This document shows positions 11,696 through 21,526 of a stretch of DNA of 64,000 nt, piece by piece. The position numbers and the translations under genes were made by a program. The DNA is from an uncultured Chloroflexia bacterium (lineage in GTDB: Bacteria > Chloroflexota > Anaerolineae > B4-G1 > SLSP01). Each line of letters starts with the position of its first letter. Positions within the stretch are counted from its first letter, which is position 1. The notes under the pieces were generated by a model. It was not told where the DNA came from and did no database searches. It saw nothing but the letters and a program-made list of their open reading frames with translations. The stretch is from assembly GCA_963751345.1 (NCBI GenBank), contig CAVVUS010000034.1, positions 26,963 through 90,962 of the forward strand, read 5' to 3'.

Positions 11696-11729
11696 CGCTG
11701 AGAGTTCGGTCAATATAGAGAGTCTAGCC

Positions 11730-12842
11730 ATGAGGTGCCTGATGATGAGAATGAGCCGCTTGACCCTTGGTCTGATGATCCTCCTGACCGCCTGCGCCGC
11801 GACGCCGGAGGCCACGCCGCTCATCTCAAACCAGATCGTTGTCGAGGATGCATTGGGTCGTTCGATCACGCTGGATGGGCCGCCACAACGCATGGTGATC
11901 GCCGGCAAGTCCAACTTCATGATCAACGATGTCGTCTACGCCTTCCCGGAGGCGCCCCAGCGCATCGTAGCCTTGACCCGGGCTAAGCAGACCACGACGC
12001 CGTTTCTGTCATACCTGGACCCGGCCTTTGAGGAGAAACTTCAGCTCACGGCGGAGTCCACGGCGGAGGAGATCGCCGCCACCCAACCCGACGTCGTCTT
12101 CCTCAAGGAGCTCATGCAGGATTCCGTGGGCAACGCCCTCGAGGCCGTGGGTATCCCCGTCGTCTATCTGGGGCTTGAGACGCCCGACCAATATCAGAGC
12201 GACTTGGACGTCCTGGGCCAGATCTTCGCCGACCCCGGGCGAGCCGGTGTGGTCCAGGGATTCTACCAAACGCGACTCGATCGCATTGCCGCAGGTGTCG
12301 CGGATCTCGGCGAAGCGAAGTTACCAACTGTGCTGGTCGTCCAATATAGCACGAGCGGTGCGGATGCCACCGGAAGCAGCGCGGCCCTTGCGGTTCCTCC
12401 GACGTCTTGGATCCAGACCCAGATGGTCGAGCTGTCAGGCGGAGAGCCGGTCTGGACCGAGGCGAGCCAGGGAGGGTGGGCCGTCGTGAACCTGGAGCAG
12501 ATTGCGGCGTGGGACCCCGACCTGATTTTCGTGATCAGCTACTTCGACAACGTTGACGACGTCGTGGCCGGCCTCACCGCCGATCCCAACTGGCTGGGCC
12601 TCTCCGCGGTCCGGTCGGGTCAGGTCTATGGCTTCCCGGGCGACTTCTACAGCTGGGATCAGCCGGATAGTCGTTGGATTCTGGGGTTGATGTGGATGGC
12701 GACCAAGATCCATCCGGCCGAATTCGCCGACATCGACATGGGCCGGGAGATCCAGGCGTTCTACAGCGATCTCTACCGGCTCGACGCTGCGACCGTCAAC
12801 GCCGAGGTGCTACCACTCCTGGTAGGTGATGTTGCACCCTAA
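11730..12842 (+). CDS. ABC transporter substrate-binding lipoprotein (iron-siderophore/cobalamin class)
   Basis: Lipobox LLTAC; VEDALGRSITL..PPQRMV, EEIAATQPDVV, EQIAAWDPDLI, AVRSGQVY. Confidence 0.88.
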   Translation: MRCLMMRMSRLTLGLMILLTACAATPEATPLISNQIVVEDALGRSITLDGPPQRMVIAGKSNFMINDVVYAFPEAPQRIVALTRAKQTTTPFLSYLDPAFEEKLQLTAESTAEEIAATQPDVVFLKELMQDSVGNALEAVGIPVVYLGLETPDQYQSDLDVLGQIFADPGRAGVVQGFYQTRLDRIAAGVADLGEAKLPTVLVVQYSTSGADATGSSAALAVPPTSWIQTQMVELSGGEPVWTEASQGGWAVVNLEQIAAWDPDLIFVISYFDNVDDVVAGLTADPNWLGLSAVRSGQVYGFPGDFYSWDQPDSRWILGLMWMATKIHPAEFADIDMGREIQAFYSDLYRLDAATVNAEVLPLLVGDVAP

Positions 12843-12855
12843 GCGGTGGCACACT

Positions 12856-12947
12856 ACCCTCCGGGTTGCTCAACGCCGAAGGCGCGCAACCCGAGAAATC
12901 TACAGCAGTGAATTACCTTCCGGGTTGCTCGGAGCAACCCGGAAGGT
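12856..12947. repeat. Pair of related REP-like palindromes inside the ABC operon
   Basis: accctccgggttgc...gcaacccgagaa (12856..12899) and the perfect accttccgggttgctc-g-gagcaacccggaaggt (12915..12947). Confidence 0.65.
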
Positions 12948-12958
12948 CCAGACCTCCT

Positions 12959-13982
12959 ATGCATAGAGAGCCGACGCAGCTTCCTCATCCTGACCTCGCT
13001 CCTGCTCCTGATCTTCGGCGTCTCGGTCTTTCTCGGACGCTACCCGCACCCCTACTGGACGCCGCCGCGGCTGCTCTGGGAGGATCCGTTGGCACGTCAG
13101 TTGGTGCTCAACCTGCGGCTGCCGCGGGTGATTGCGGCCTGTCTGCTGGGTATGGTGCTCTCGGTCGCCGGGTTCGTCCTGCAGATGCTCTTCCGCAATC
13201 CGCTGGTCGAGCCGGGCTTCCTCGGTGTGTCGCAAGGTGCCGCATTTGGCGCCGCCCTCGGCATCATCGCCCTGAACGCCACGTCATTTGCGCTGCAGGG
13301 CATCGCAGCGTTCTTCGCCCTACTGGGGCTCGTCCTGTGCTATGCCCTGGCCCGCCACATTCGGTACGGGGGATGGACACTGCGGCTGATCCTGGCCGGA
13401 ATCGCCGTATCAGCGCTTTTCTCAGCGGGTGTGGGCCTCCTGAAATACGTAGCAGACCCTCTCACGCAATTGCCGGAACTCGTTTTCTGGCTCCTCGGTG
13501 CGCTGTGGGGTGTCACCTGGGCGGACACACTGACCGTCCTGCCCATCGTCACCGTCGCCGTGGTCGTCGCCTATCTGATGCGTTGGCGGCTCAACGTCCT
13601 TTCCCTGGACGACACCATCGCGATATCGCTCGGTAGCGCGCCGGCGCGGGAACGCACACTCCTGCTGTTCGTCGTGGTGGCAGCAACGGCGGCGATGGTC
13701 TCGATCTCCGGCATCGTCGGCTGGGTAGGCCTGATCGTGCCCCAGTTTGCACGACGGATTTTCGGGGCAGATGCGCAGCGCGCACTGCCGGGCGCGCTGC
13801 TCCTCGGTGGTATCTTTGCCATGGTCTGCGACGACATTGCGCGCATCACCTTGTCCGGCGAGATTCCCCTGGGCATCCTGACCTCTCTGCTGGGAGCGGT
13901 GCTCTTCGCTATCCTGATGATTGCGCGCTCGAATCCTGAGCGAGAGAGCGCGCAGAGAAGTCGCGGGAGGCGCACAGCGTGA
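12959..13982 (+). CDS. FecCD/BtuC-family ABC permease (indel shortly after the ATG)
   Basis: LRLPRV, QMLFRNPLVEP..LGVSQGA, GIVGWVGLIVP, EIPLGILTSLLG; first TM helix is in frame upstream of 13089. Confidence 0.9.
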
Positions 13983-14794
13983 ATCCCCCCACGATCACGC
14001 TAACCGACGTCGTCTTTGACTATCCGGGCGAGCCACGCCGCCTGCGCCATCCGGACAGCGCCGGCCGGCCATTGTTTGGGGGGCTGTCACTTGAGATCCC
14101 GGCCGGGACCGTCACGGCAATCCTCGGCCCGAACGGCTCGGGGAAGACGACGCTGCTCCATCTGATCCTGGGGATCCTCGCACCGCAGGAAGGGGTGGTG
14201 CTGTTGGCGCAGCAACCACGCCAGTTCTACAGCCGCCGCGAGCTGGGACGTCTGATCGGGCTGGTCTCACAGAACGAGACGATTCCCTTCAACTTTACGG
14301 TGCTGGAATATGTGCTCCTGGGGCGGGCGCCCCACCTTCAACTGCTCCAGACGCCGGGAGAAAAGGATATCGAGGTCGCCCGGCAGGTCCTGGCAGAGAT
14401 GGGGCTGGAGCATCTGCAGCACCGATCGATCCAATCGCTGAGCGGGGGAGAGCGCCAGCTCGTGATGGTTGCCCGTGCCCTGGCCCAACGGCCGCGCATC
14501 CTGTTGCTGGACGAACCCACCTCGCACCTGGACCTGAGCAACCGGGATCGTGTGCTGGGCATCCTCGCACAGCAAGCCGGGCAGGGGGTCACCATCGTCT
14601 TCACCACGCACGAACCGAACCAGGCCGCATCCGTCGCCAGGTTCGTCGTGCTGATGCGAGAGGGCCGGGTGCTCGAAGCCGGACCGATGGACGACGTGGT
14701 CACCGCCGACCGTCTGAGCCGGACCTACGGGGTGCCCGTGGAGGTGGTGGAAGTCAAGGGAAGACGGATTGTGGTGCCGGGCGTCATCCGTTAA
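13979..14794 (+). CDS. ABC transporter ATP-binding protein (FepC/BtuD-like)
   Basis: GPNGSGKT, LSGGERQ, LLLDEPT, H-loop TTH. Confidence 0.93.
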   Translation: MNPPTITLTDVVFDYPGEPRRLRHPDSAGRPLFGGLSLEIPAGTVTAILGPNGSGKTTLLHLILGILAPQEGVVLLAQQPRQFYSRRELGRLIGLVSQNETIPFNFTVLEYVLLGRAPHLQLLQTPGEKDIEVARQVLAEMGLEHLQHRSIQSLSGGERQLVMVARALAQRPRILLLDEPTSHLDLSNRDRVLGILAQQAGQGVTIVFTTHEPNQAASVARFVVLMREGRVLEAGPMDDVVTADRLSRTYGVPVEVVEVKGRRIVVPGVIR

Positions 14795-14801
14795 CCGTCT
14801 C

Positions 14802-15872
14802 TCAGCACCCGCCGTTCTGCTGGCTCTGCTCCCAGATCCGCAGTCCGTAGCGGCTGAGGTAGATTGGGATGTTGCGACAGGGCGAGCTCTCCGCCTCGAT
14901 CGCCCTGATCATCTCTCGCTTGACGTAGGAGAGTGGCGGGCAGAGCAATGTGACGGAGCCTCCCTCCCCACCGGCACCATTCACCTTCCAGCCGATGGCG
15001 CCGTACGCCTTGGCGATTTCGATGACGCTGCGGGCGTCCTGGCTGACCAGGTCGGGATGCAGCCGCGCCTGGGCCGCCGTGTTCTCGATCATCGCCTGGC
15101 CCAGGGCGGAAAAATCTCCGGCGTAGATGGCATCGCGGGATTTCTCGGCTGTTCCTCGCAGATCTTGAAGACGCTTCGCCTCGGGGCCCTCGTTCTCCAG
15201 GTCGGCGATGACCTTCTCGTGCACGTCGGAGGAAACGTGGGACTTGCCCAGATAGACCAGGGCTAGCCTTCGCTCCAGCTCCCACCAGGTTGAATTGGAC
15301 ACGAAGATCTGGCTGACGGAAGCGTAGGGGTAGTGCGTCATCTCAATGAAGTTGATGCCACCGTAGGCCGAACAGAGCTGATCCTGAATGCCGGACTGCT
15401 GTTTGAGCATCTCGCTCTCCACGGCGTGCGCCGTGGCGGCGACCTCGTGGGGACTCAGTTGCCCCGGGGTCAAGCGATCCAACGCTCCGATGAGCGCCAC
15501 CGTCACCGCAGCCGAGGTGCCGGTCGAACAGCCGCTCGGTGCTTCGGAGAAGATCGTGGCCTGAATGGCATAGTTCCGCGGCACGCCCATCCGCTCGATG
15601 GCAGCCTCCAGCAGGGGATGATGGTCCCACCCCGGCACGTCGGGGTTCACGACAAAGCGCTCCCCGTAGTTCTCGGCATAGAGCACGATCCGGTCCTCGC
15701 CGGACTCGTAAGGGAAGACCTCAATCTGCACCTCAACGTAGGGGTAGACGCCAATATTGAAGATCTTGCCATGCTCGGCAAACCACGTGTCGGTCCATCC
15801 GCCGTTATCGCAGATCCGGATAGGGGCAACGCTATTGATCACCCGTAACGGGCGCCGTTCCGGTTGGCTCAT
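14802..15872 (-). CDS. GHMP sugar kinase (HddA, heptose-7-phosphate kinase-like)
   Basis: APIRICDNGGWTD, PSGCSTGTSAA, SGIQDQ, KVNGAGGEGG. Confidence 0.82.
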   Translation of the reverse strand: MSQPERRPLRVINSVAPIRICDNGGWTDTWFAEHGKIFNIGVYPYVEVQIEVFPYESGEDRIVLYAENYGERFVVNPDVPGWDHHPLLEAAIERMGVPRNYAIQATIFSEAPSGCSTGTSAAVTVALIGALDRLTPGQLSPHEVAATAHAVESEMLKQQSGIQDQLCSAYGGINFIEMTHYPYASVSQIFVSNSTWWELERRLALVYLGKSHVSSDVHEKVIADLENEGPEAKRLQDLRGTAEKSRDAIYAGDFSALGQAMIENTAAQARLHPDLVSQDARSVIEIAKAYGAIGWKVNGAGGEGGSVTLLCPPLSYVKREMIRAIEAESSPCRNIPIYLSRYGLRIWEQSQQNGGC

Positions 15873-15922
15873 GTCTGGCTCCTTGTTTTGCTACGAAGTT
15901 CCGTCAGCGGCTATAATATACA

Positions 15923-15996
15923 GCGTTTCCACGTTAGCACGTTGAACGTTAAACGTTATGAGTTCAAACGTGGAAACGTGTTGACGTGTCAACGTC
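15923..15996. repeat. Degenerate ~7-nt tandem repeat (ACGT core) forming an inverted repeat
   Basis: cgtttccacgttagcacgttgaacgttaaacgtt...aaacgtggaaacgtgttgacgtgtcaacgt. Confidence 0.7.
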
Positions 15997-16009
15997 CGAA
16001 AGGAATATC

Positions 16010-16616
16010 ATGAACGCTACATCTCAGACCAAACGCATCGTCGTGGGCATCACCGGCGCCAGCGGCGTGATCTATGGCGTTCGCCTGCTGACGGCACTCA
16101 AGGCCCTCGACATCGAGACGCACCTGGTGGTCACGCCGCCGGGTGAGGTGACCCTGGAATACGAGCTGGCAATGACCCTGGCGGACGTCCGGGCTCTTGC
16201 CACGTACAGCTACGACGCAGACGATCTTGCCGCGCTCCATTGCCAGCGGATCGTTCACAACGCACGGTATGGTGATCGCCCCATGCTCGATGAAGACGCT
16301 CTCCGCGGTCGCCAACAGTTACACGGACAATCTCCTGGTACGAGCGGCCGACGTCATGCTCAAGGAGGGACGCGGGCTTGTCTTGGTCGTCCGCGAGACG
16401 CCCCTGCACCTCGGTCACCTGCGGTTGATGGTGCAGGCGGCGGAGATCGGGGCCGTCATCTTTCCCCCCGTCCCCGCTTTCTACGCCCGGCCCGCCACGG
16501 TCGAGGCGTTGGTGGACCAGACCGTAGGCAGGATCCTGGCGCGGCTGGGCTTGGGCAACGACCTCTACGAGGTGTGGAAAGGGATTGATCCGGCAGAGCC
16601 TGAGACAGGAGCCTAG
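16010..16616 (+). CDS. ubiX: Flavin prenyltransferase UbiX (one frameshift near 16235)
   Basis: IVVGITGASG, IASGS, IAPCSMKTL, RAADVMLKE, RETPL, PPVPAFY. Confidence 0.92.
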
Positions 16617-16656
16617 TGCAAAATCAGTAGAGCTGTTCGGGAAAGGATTTTGACCT

Positions 16657-16724
16657 CGTTCCAGGCGGATCTGTGATCCGCCGTCTGCACGGAGACCCGG
16701 CGGATCACAGATCCGCCTGGAACG
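16657..16724. repeat. Perfect 27-bp inverted repeat with palindromic arms (REPIN-like)
   Basis: cgttccaggcggatctgtgatccgccg N14 cggcggatcacagatccgcctggaacg. Confidence 0.85.
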
Positions 16725-16787
16725 TATGCCTTGGGAACCTGTTACCGAGAAGCTGCTATGCACCTGCACTAGCGCCTGCGGTGGGGT

Positions 16788-16823
16788 AAGATTGGACCAG
16801 TCTCGGAAGACTGGTCCAATCTT
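16788..16823. repeat. Perfect 16-bp hairpin (REP-like or bidirectional terminator)
   Basis: aagattggaccagtct-cgga-agactggtccaatctt between convergent genes. Confidence 0.75.
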
Positions 16824-16919
16824 GTTCTCGGAGGCGGGGAGGGAGAAGATCAGTGTGATCCGTGGTTTCTACTTCGCCCCATTCGCGAGACTCGCGTTTG
16901 ACGGTTGCACCTACACGTC

Positions 16920-19900
16920 CTACCGGTCCTTCAGTGAGATGATGCGCTGCGCGAGGTCGGGCAGGAACTGCGTAGTAGTCGAAGTCCTGCCACCCGGCAA
17001 TGCCGCCCCCCAGCGTGAAGATCGCCATCCCGAGGACGTAGTCATCCTCGCGTAGACGGTCGTCGTACCAGGACATGTCATCCAGGAAGTACTGTGCCCG
17101 TTGGTCCGGATCGTCGATCGCCAGGTTTGCCTCGGTGATGGCGAGAGGGATGGCCTCGTCGCGCGGGATGAGGATGTCGCGATAGAGATGCCGGTAGCGA
17201 CCGGCCAGCACACCCCGGTCGCCATAGAGCGGGATCGAGGGATCGTCGAGCGATTGGCCCGCGTACTGAGGCATCGGCTCGCCCCAGCGATCGCTCATCA
17301 GCGGGCCACCATACTCGTGTAGGGAAAGGATGTGCCCTCCGGCCTTGGCCTGGGCGAAGACGCCGGTACCGGCGATGGCCTCCCACTCGTAGATCTCGGG
17401 AACCCCCATGCTGTAGGAGAAGAGCGCCAGCTTGTACCCGTTGGCATCGGCGATGGTCATCGCCGCCTTGAAGAACTCGGCCAGCCAGACGTGCCCGGCC
17501 ACGGTCGGCGGATCGACCTCGTTGAGGACCTCCCAGTAATCGACACAGGCTTTGTAGGGTGCCCACTGCTGCATGTGCACCTGCATATAGTCGCTCGCGA
17601 CGTCAGCAGGATTACCTTCCGTCTCGACGGTCTCCCAGATGTGATGCGACCAACGCCCGATGGTGACGGTCTCCGGTGAGATCTGCTTCACGTCACACAG
17701 ATAGCCGAACGACAGCCCTTTCACCAACGCAACGTGTCCGCCCGCGTTGTGCACCTGCCGAACGAAATCGATGGTCCCCCCATCGCCAATCGCGTGGACA
17801 CCGATCTTGGACGGCCCCTCAGGTACGCCTGGCGTGAATCCGGGGATAGGCGGAGGCGTCTGCGGCGGAGGCTCCGGCGGCGAAGGCGCGGCATACATCC
17901 GAAGGATCGCCGGCAGATAGGCATGCTGCAGCTCCGTCACGACGTGGAGCGTCACGGTCACGGTCTTCGGCACATCCAGCGTCTCCTCCGGGAGGGCATC
18001 GATGCGAACCGTGGCGGTGTAGTATCCAACCGGCAACCCCTCCGTATCGACGGTAACCCAGAGCTCGTCGCCTGAGGCGCCATGGGTGGGCGTGAGAACA
18101 GCCGTCAAGCTGCTCGCCGGCGACACGCTGGCCGTCCAGGTCAGAACACCGGGACCTGCGTTGCCGATCGCAAACGCGGTGGTCATCACCTTGGCGACAT
18201 TGACCTCGCTCAGGAGAGGCCGCAGGGCGGGTTGCACTGAGAGGACCGGAACGCCAAAGGGCCAGGGGCGTTTATCAACCAGGGCAAGTGCGTTGTAAGC
18301 GGGCGTCGCGACACCAAGCGCTGTCCCATCCTGGCGCCGCAGGGCGTAGTAGCGGCTGTGAAAACAGGGCAGCCAGGTCAGATAGTCGTGCCAATCGAGG
18401 TTCCACACGAACATGCCCTGCATCCAGGGCCAGTGCGCATCGGCATATTGGAGCGCTCGATCCAGGTAGTCGGCTTGCGTCTGCGCGCTCACCTCCTGCC
18501 ACTTGAAATAGAGGGCGTAGTCCTGCTCGGCGTCGCAGTTGAGTTCGTAACCGTCCTCCGACGGCCGACGGATCCACCCGAACTCCGTGGCCCAGACCGG
18601 CACGCCGCCCAGCCCGGCGTCGACGAGGATATCGTGCAGCGTTTCTACGCCGCGAAACGCAAACCCGTTGCTCACCAGCGCGGGGTCGCGCTCCGGCGGC
18701 GAGGCAAAGCCATACGGATGGTACCCAAACGCGTCCATACACATTCCGGCACCGGCATCGAGCATAGCCTGCAGATACACCCACTCGTCCATCGCGTTGC
18801 AGTCGTTCCCCTCGCCGCAGGGCCACGCGCCGGACGAGCCCGTCGGGGGCGGAATGCGACCAACCGGGGCCAGCCCACCGCTGATGACCAGGGCATAGGG
18901 ATCAATGGCCTTGATCTCCTGGCGCGCGATGCACAGCATCTCGGCAAATCGCTGGGGATCGGGGACGTTGCCGCCCCAATTGGCATTCCTGATGTTCGGC
19001 TCGCTGCAGATCTCATACGCCTGGACCCTGCCCACGCCGGCCTGGGCGATGGACCGGATCCGGTTGCGCCAGGCGTTGAGGTCGTTGACGTACGCACCAC
19101 AGTCGACGTTGTAGAGCACGTTCTGCGGCAGCTTGGTCGCGGGCAGGCCTGAGTACTCCTCCCAGAGTTTGACCCAATCCAATCCCAGCGGCTCCAGGAG
19201 GGACGTGATCCTTGACGTGTCTCGCACGTTCGCACCATATCCCAGATGCGACGCAGGCATCACGAAGTCGAGACAATCCGAAGGCCCATAGGCTGCCAGG
19301 ACGTTGTGACCCGCATCCACAAAGGCTACGGCGATCTCATCGAGGGTGAGCGCGCCCACCGAGAGGCTGTTATGATACGCGCTGGAGGGATCCAGCCCCA
19401 ACATCGTCCAGTGGGCCAGTTCGGTGCAGGCCGTCCGCTGCCATACGTAAAGCTCGGTCGCCCTCGCCGCCCACGCCCCGGTCGGCTGCACGGCTACATC
19501 GAGATGGCCATCGGTCTCGGTCGCCCGGAGCACCGCGTCCTCGGTGGCTGCAGAGATCATGCCGATGTCGTGGACGGGGTACCACACCTCCCGCCAGGTC
19601 ATCGTCGTGTGAGGCTCCAATCGGACCGTATCCCAGAAGGTGGGCGCGAGGCCCCCGTGAAGCTCAACGCCACCGGAGTCCAGGTCGGTCCAGATGTGCC
19701 AATCCAGCGCCCGGGACCAACCTGTGGCAAAAACCTTGACGCCTCTGGCGATTTCGGGCGGGAAGACGCGCACCACGCCCTCGGTCTGCAGCTCGTCGTA
19801 GGCACCGGCAAAGCCCTGGACGGCCTGGGGATACGCGAAGAAGCCCAGCCACTCGTTCCAATTCCGCAGCCGAGAATAGTCCACGCCCTCATAGACCGGC

Positions 19901-20794
19901 CAGGAGAAGCGGTACTCAGGCCCATCGGGCATCGTGGGGGAAGCCCCCGGCAGCCGCTGATCGCCCGTGGAATGAACCGACACATCGGGAGAGTTGAGTA
20001 CGAAGGACAGCCCCTGCGTGGGCTTGTTCGCCAGACCCGGGGCTATGCGCGGCGTTGATCCAAAACTTCGCGTCGATGGGGGAACCCGTAGGGTTTTCGA
20101 CGTGCGGCTCGACGGCAACATAGGCACGGTCCGACGGCAGAAAGACGTCGATGACGGCGCGGATACGAGTGGCGTCCGTTGTATCTTGCACGGTGACCGT
20201 GACGCCCGCCGTCGACGTCACAACGCTCCAGGACCAGGGAATCCCGGACTCATATCCGTGTTCGTCCACCGGCAGACACCACTCAATACCTCCGGCGGAC
20301 AGCCACCATCCCTGCTCCAGCGGTCCCCAATGGGTCGGCTTTATCACAGGGTTCTGATAGAGCTGATTGTGGCCGGTAGTCTTGTCAAACAACTGGTAGA
20401 TGCGTCCGCCCAACTCGGGCAGCATCGTCACCTTGAGGTAGGCATTCTCTATGACGAGAAGCTCGTAGTCGTGGGGAACCGCGACCGGATTCGAGGCATC
20501 ATAGCGCACCCAGTCCAGGACCGGATAGGTCATGTGATAGGTCGTGCTGTAGGCATCCTCGAGGTAATCGGCGTAGGGGTAGGTGGGGATGGAGATCGTC
20601 GTGGTATAGAACGTGCTTTGCGACGGCTCCTCGGACACTCCAGGCAGGATTGGCGCGGCTGCGACAGGGTGAGCCACGCCCAGCAGGCTCGACAGCACAA
20701 CCGCGATGATGCCGAGCCATCTGCGACGGCGGAGCCGCGCGTCCGGCGGAGGTCGTACGGCTCTATCGCGACGGCTCGCGGCGCACCACGCCAT
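16920..20794 (-). CDS. Large secreted protein: DUF5107-like N-terminus, GH-A-like barrel, BACON-like domain, YLP motif with Pro linker, second GH-A-like barrel (frameshifts near 20050 and 16975)
   Basis: Signal peptide; IENAYLKVTMLPELGGRIY...LYQNPVIKP...GGIEW; YEICSEPN...FGYHPYG...VWATEFGW; YWEVLNEVD...LSLHEY...AITEAN; probable true end QFLPDLAQRIISLKDR* at 16920. Confidence 0.72.
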
Positions 20795-20830
20795 GTCTGC
20801 TCCCTTGCTCCAGGACCGATGAATCGATTG

Positions 20831-21415
20831 CTACGAACCGACTCCCACAAGACCCAGTTCGTCCGCAATGCCCTGCATCGCTGCCAGCACGATTCCTATA
20901 TGCTCCGACAGCGGCACCCCGAGAAGCTCGGCACCCTGCTCGACATCCTCGCGCTTGACGCCCGACGCAAAGGCGCGATCCTTCCACTTCTTCCTGACCG
21001 AGCTCACCTTCACGTCGAGGATCGACTTGCTGGGTCGCACCAGGGCGACCGCTACAATCAGACCGGTCAACTCGTCGGTGGCGAAGATCGCCTTTTCCAT
21101 ATTGCTGTCCAGCGTAACGCCGGTCAGATCGGGCGCGTGGGCCTGGACACCGCGAATGAGCTCCTCCGGCCATCCCTTCTCCCGCAGGATCTCCGATCCT
21201 TTGAACGGGTGACCTCCGGGGCCAAGATCAGGGTACTGCTCGTACTCGAAGTCGTGGATCAGACCTACGATCCCCCACTTCTCCTCGTCCTCGCCAAACC
21301 GTCGCGCATACGCACGCATCCCCGCCTCTACAGCCAGCGCATGGTTGATCAAGCTGGGACTGGTTGTGTACTCCGTCAACAGCTCCCAAGCTTCTTCTCG
21401 TGTCGGCCACGACAT
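20831..21415 (-). CDS. HD-domain (HDIG-type) metal-dependent phosphohydrolase
   Basis: LINHALAVEA, GLIHDFEYE, HPFKG, ATDELTG, KKWKDRAFASGVKRE. Confidence 0.85.
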   Translation of the reverse strand: MSWPTREEAWELLTEYTTSPSLINHALAVEAGMRAYARRFGEDEEKWGIVGLIHDFEYEQYPDLGPGGHPFKGSEILREKGWPEELIRGVQAHAPDLTGVTLDSNMEKAIFATDELTGLIVAVALVRPSKSILDVKVSSVRKKWKDRAFASGVKREDVEQGAELLGVPLSEHIGIVLAAMQGIADELGLVGVGS

Positions 21416-21526
21416 AGATCTGTCTCCTTCTTGACTCCTGCTTCGGACATTCAATCGTACTCAAGAAACGAGTGACGCGTGACAATTGATCGGAAACTTT
21501 TACTCGTCACGCGTCACTCGTTACAT

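Noticed and set aside
11696-11729. Cobalamin riboswitch ahead of the Fe/B12-type ABC importer
   Set aside because: The leader is too short and has no B12-box; substrate left unassigned.
16756-16919. C-terminal extension of the 1123-aa ORF
   Set aside because: Reads through intergenic palindromes; the alternative frame gives a plausible end at 16920.
19994-21475. 493-aa plus-strand ORF
   Set aside because: Antisense to the DUF5107 and HD-domain genes; a high-GC codon artefact.
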